A stretch of 64,000 nucleotides of DNA. It comes from a virus. How positions within the stretch are numbered: position 1 is the first letter of the stretch; each line of letters begins with the position of its first letter. The notes beneath the pieces are model-generated. The model saw only the letters and a program-made list of their open reading frames with translations. It made no database searches and had not been told where the DNA came from. This document shows positions 60,447-64,000 of this stretch, piece after piece. The stretch spans positions 1-64,000 of the IMG/VR virus record IMGVR_UViG_3300032241_002567; one strand, 5' to 3'. A program made the translations under genes and the position numbers.

Positions 60447-61184
60447 ATGGCAGGATATACAGGCTCGATACCACTCACAGGATTTATAGCTCCAACAGAT
60501 ACAGCAGATACTTATCCAGTTATTGATCCTTTATTTGGAATCGACGGTTTCAGAAATGTACCTACTGAAACTGATATGAACAACATACCTTTTAATAGAA
60601 GAAGACAAGGAATGGTGGTTGGTTGTAATGGAAGTGGAATTTATTATAAGTTATTACCTGGTCCTTGGACAGGAACAATTACGGATTGGAATAATTTTAT
60701 AACTTCGCCGTTAGCTGGAAATGTATCTAGAACGCAATATTTAATTGCGGGAGGTTCTGTAAGCATACCACAGAATTATCAGTATTTGGTATACGGTGGG
60801 CTTATCATTGGCGCTTCAGGCTCATTACAAAATGATGGTAGAGTAATTATAATCAATGGAACTTTATCTTTTGTAGGCAATGGTACTTACTCAGGAGCCG
60901 GAACATTAACCTATTTAACTGATTTCAGTAGATACAATGATTTAACAGGACCCGTACCAAACTGGAATGCAACACCTCCAAGTGTAAAATATTCAGCAAG
61001 TTTTAGTAGCACTGCTAATGTTCCATTAACTATTACACATGGATTAGGAACTACTGATATAGTATATTCTGTAAGAGAAAATAATAATTTCATCACATCT
61101 AATATACAAATCAATGATTTAAACTCAGTTATATTAACTACTGATGCGACAATAATAAATGGAAGGATAAATATTATAGGATAA
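60447..61184 (+). CDS. Putative tail-fibre-associated protein
   Basis: RRRQGMVV motif; C-terminal ITHGLGT domain. Confidence 0.55.
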   Translation: MAGYTGSIPLTGFIAPTDTADTYPVIDPLFGIDGFRNVPTETDMNNIPFNRRRQGMVVGCNGSGIYYKLLPGPWTGTITDWNNFITSPLAGNVSRTQYLIAGGSVSIPQNYQYLVYGGLIIGASGSLQNDGRVIIINGTLSFVGNGTYSGAGTLTYLTDFSRYNDLTGPVPNWNATPPSVKYSASFSSTANVPLTITHGLGTTDIVYSVRENNNFITSNIQINDLNSVILTTDATIINGRINIIG

Positions 61185-61186
61185 AA

Positions 61187-63523
61187 ATGAGCGTAAATAA
61201 AATATACAATATACAAGAATGGCAACAAATTATCACTGCCTCTACACCAAGTGCTACTGCGAGTATCATTTATCCTAAGATAGATGGCAATTGGTATTAT
61301 ATGAATAGTGATGGAGTAGAAAGAATAATTTCTTTATCGTATAATTTAGGATATGGTTTGACATCTAGCACCTCTTATTCACCTTATAATTATATTTTAA
61401 ATCTTAATATTGATGGCTCAAGTCTAACTTTTTCTAATTCTCAATTGAGAGTTGGATATTTAACTTCTTCAGTTTTTTCACAATTAGGTCCATCAACAGC
61501 AAGTTATATTTTAAGTGTAAATACCACTGGTATTCCATATTGGATTCCATTTTCAGCACCAGGAATAAATGGTAATATAAATTATATTTCAAAATTTGGA
61601 ACTTCTACTTCTTTAACTAATTCAAATATTTACGATGGTGGTACTTGGATAAGCATGTTTACATCGTCTAATAGTGCTATATCACCTAAATTATTTATAA
61701 ATGGTGGTATAGACGCAACAACTTATTATGTAAATTCTAATGTTACTTCAAATATTAATATAAGTTCGAATTCAGGAATTAATAATTTATTAAAAATACA
61801 AGCTCCTAGTTTTAATATATTTGACCCTTCTAATTTTAGTTTTGTTTTAGGAACAGATAATTCTAATGGTAATTCTTTATCATTACTAAGCAATCTTATA
61901 CAATTAACAGCTACTTCATCTTCTAATTTAACAGCATCTGTAGTTATGCCATTTGTTAAAGTTATTGGAATTGGAACAGCAAGCCCCACACATCTATTAA
62001 CTATATTTGCAACACAATCAGCATTTAGATTAATAGATGGTTCACAAGGTGCAAATAAATATTTAGTTTCTGATTCTAATGGTGTTGGAACATGGCAAAA
62101 TTTATTTATATCTGGTAGTGTATCATTGAATTTTGCAACAGCTTCTGGGTTGACAGTAAGCAATTATCAATATTCCATATTACTTGCTCCTAATTCTGGT
62201 TTAACTTTGAGCACTTTGGGTATTTCAATAAATCCATCTTCTGCTGGATATGGCTTGACTTATAGTTCTGGAAGTTTTAGTGTAATTAGAAATTTTTTCA
62301 ATTTTGGAAATGGTTTAACATTTTCTGGTAATACTTATTCTGTGAATCTTGGAATTAATAGTGGTTTGACATATAGCAATTCAAGTATAATAGTAGAAAT
62401 AGGAAGTGGGTTGACTATATCTAATGGAATAATTATTTCTACTAGTCAAATTCAAGATGGCATAACTTATTCTTTTCCTTATTATAATACAAGTTCTTTA
62501 TTTACAAGTTCAGTTATTTCACAAATATCAAACAATATATTAATAGGGGCTACTTCAAATTTTGGTTATAAACTTTATATTGCTGGTTCTTTTAGCTCAA
62601 CGGGTGACGCTTTTATAAACAATATTAATATTGGTAGAGGTTTAGGTATTAATAATTTAATTTTTGGAAATACTAATTTTGCAACAAACATTACACCAGG
62701 TAGTCAAAGTATAGCAATAGGTGATAATACATTATCAATTAGCAGTGGTGGCAGCGGTGCCAATATTGCAATTGGGTTTAATTCATTAACGAATCTAACT
62801 TCTGGTGTAAATAATATAGCAATAGGAAATAATTCTGGTGAAAGTAGTAATTCAAATTATTCAGTAGTAATAGGTTATAATAACACAAATTTTGGAAATA
62901 ATAGTGTAATAGTTGGTGCTGATTCTGGAAATAGTGGTGCTAATAATGTAACAATTGGTTATAAAAGTGGAGCTAATTCTACCAATTCTCAAAATGTATT
63001 TTTAGGATATAAAGCTGGGACAAGTTTTAATGGTAGTTATAGCGTATTTATAGGTGGTTATGATTCTAGTGTTAATGCTTCCAATAATATATTTATATCA
63101 GATGGTCAGGGAAATTTAAGAATTTATTCGCCATCTTCTGGTAATGTTTTAATTGGCACAATGTCTGAAACTGGTTCAAAATTAGTAGTTTCCGGCAGTG
63201 CATCTTTTTATGGTTATCTAAATATTGTTGATGGAACGCAAGCAAGTGGTAGAGTATTAACATCTGACGCAAATGGTATATCTACTTGGCAATCTTTAAC
63301 CGCTTCTGGTGTTGCGTATAAATATGCTTCTACACAATCGTTTATATCTTCTACACCTAATGTAATAACACACAATTTGAATACTATGTTTTATATTATT
63401 CAATTATTTGATTATTTAACTGGCGACGAAATAATGGGTTCTTATACTAATCGCGGATTAACTCAAGCAACAATCACATTATCATCTAATGTATCAAATG
63501 TTGGGATAATAATTATGGGATAA
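61187..63523 (+). CDS. Tail-fibre-like protein with trimeric adhesin-head-like repeats
   Basis: G.GLT repeats, N.AIG repeats, IGT..P, VLTSDANG..TW, ITHNLNT. Confidence 0.7.
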   Translation: MSVNKIYNIQEWQQIITASTPSATASIIYPKIDGNWYYMNSDGVERIISLSYNLGYGLTSSTSYSPYNYILNLNIDGSSLTFSNSQLRVGYLTSSVFSQLGPSTASYILSVNTTGIPYWIPFSAPGINGNINYISKFGTSTSLTNSNIYDGGTWISMFTSSNSAISPKLFINGGIDATTYYVNSNVTSNINISSNSGINNLLKIQAPSFNIFDPSNFSFVLGTDNSNGNSLSLLSNLIQLTATSSSNLTASVVMPFVKVIGIGTASPTHLLTIFATQSAFRLIDGSQGANKYLVSDSNGVGTWQNLFISGSVSLNFATASGLTVSNYQYSILLAPNSGLTLSTLGISINPSSAGYGLTYSSGSFSVIRNFFNFGNGLTFSGNTYSVNLGINSGLTYSNSSIIVEIGSGLTISNGIIISTSQIQDGITYSFPYYNTSSLFTSSVISQISNNILIGATSNFGYKLYIAGSFSSTGDAFINNINIGRGLGINNLIFGNTNFATNITPGSQSIAIGDNTLSISSGGSGANIAIGFNSLTNLTSGVNNIAIGNNSGESSNSNYSVVIGYNNTNFGNNSVIVGADSGNSGANNVTIGYKSGANSTNSQNVFLGYKAGTSFNGSYSVFIGGYDSSVNASNNIFISDGQGNLRIYSPSSGNVLIGTMSETGSKLVVSGSASFYGYLNIVDGTQASGRVLTSDANGISTWQSLTASGVAYKYASTQSFISSTPNVITHNLNTMFYIIQLFDYLTGDEIMGSYTNRGLTQATITLSSNVSNVGIIIMG

Positions 63524-63602
63524 TATAAACAATTATATTTTATTTTAATATAGATAGAGGAACAAAAATAACTTATATATATTAAAAATAAAATATAATT
63601 CT

Positions 63603-64000
63603 ATGGAACAAGAACAAAAAGCTATGACCGAAGAAGATTATCTTAAAAGACATTTTGAGAAAATTGAACACAAAAAAACATTTACAGAACCTCAACAAAA
63701 TTTACCAAAACAACAAAAGGATAATTCCCGTTTTACAGATTTACAATACCAATCTTTTGATTGTAGTATTTTTCCTTGTGGTATGTTTTACCCAATCGGT
63801 ACTACTATTAAAATTAGACCAGCTTTAGTTAAAGAAATACAAGCTTATTCTATGGTTGATGATAATAATTTTCCAGATATTATTGATAAAATGAATGATA
63901 TGTTAATGGCTTGTGTAAGAGTCCAATATCCCAATGGTGATGTTGCATCTTATTTAGATATTAAAGAGCAGGACAGAATTTATATTTTATTTCTAATTAG
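63603..64000 (+). CDS. Baseplate hub assembly protein (gp26-like), partial
   Basis: FPCGMFYP...IKIRPALVKEI...DR.YILFLI; runs off the window end. Confidence 0.55.
   Translation, partial: MEQEQKAMTEEDYLKRHFEKIEHKKTFTEPQQNLPKQQKDNSRFTDLQYQSFDCSIFPCGMFYPIGTTIKIRPALVKEIQAYSMVDDNNFPDIIDKMNDMLMACVRVQYPNGDVASYLDIKEQDRIYILFLI

Noticed and set aside
1660-62163. Short antisense or nested ORFs in the track (e.g. 1660-1878, 3578-3874, 12389-12637, 13295-13591, 21328-21687, 41612-41803, 59085-59327, 61726-62163)
   Set aside because: They are shadows of longer motif-bearing genes and show no recognisable protein features.
1-64000. Alternative genetic code (TAG or TGA reassignment), as in some huge phages
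   Set aside because: Long genes are intact and densely packed in code 11, TAG and TGA end plausible genes, and the interrupting stop in polB is TAA.
1-64000. tRNA or rRNA genes
   Set aside because: No cloverleaf or rRNA-like GC-rich segment was seen, and intergenic gaps are short and AT-rich. tRNAscan was not run.

Overview
This is a very AT-rich, gene-dense 64-kb segment of a jumbo/huge T4-like myophage in the standard genetic code. The host is probably a member of Bacteroidota, because three intergenic sites match the TTTG-N19-TAnnTTTG promoter. Replication genes: primase, a split family-B DNA polymerase (C-terminal subunit only), sliding clamp, a fractured UvsW helicase, a UvsY-like gene and a UvrD-like helicase. 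Structural genes: a baseplate module with three peptidoglycan-hydrolase domains, and tail-fibre-like genes. Auxiliary genes: ClpP, PurA-like, vWA, J-domain pseudokinase, amidoligase, NUDIX, DHH, nitrilase, and a PlcP-like phosphoesterase paired with a glycosyltransferase. The top observation is in the polymerase. Its catalytic motif B (KLVLNGS|YG) is interrupted by a 36-nt element: Ser codon, in-frame TAA, a 9-bp GC-rich GAAA-tetraloop hairpin, then a second Ser codon. This is the architecture expected of a programmed translational-bypass (ribosome hopping) element. Also notable: UvsW is split by a Vsr-like endonuclease and flanked by catalytically dead intein-like remnants; an array of small genes fuses major-capsid-protein fragments to a repeated NRDRKIDSIL module; and many enzymes share an N-terminal capsid-targeting-like peptide and a TAATATATA upstream motif. 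All protein calls come from motif recognition by eye; no database searches were run.
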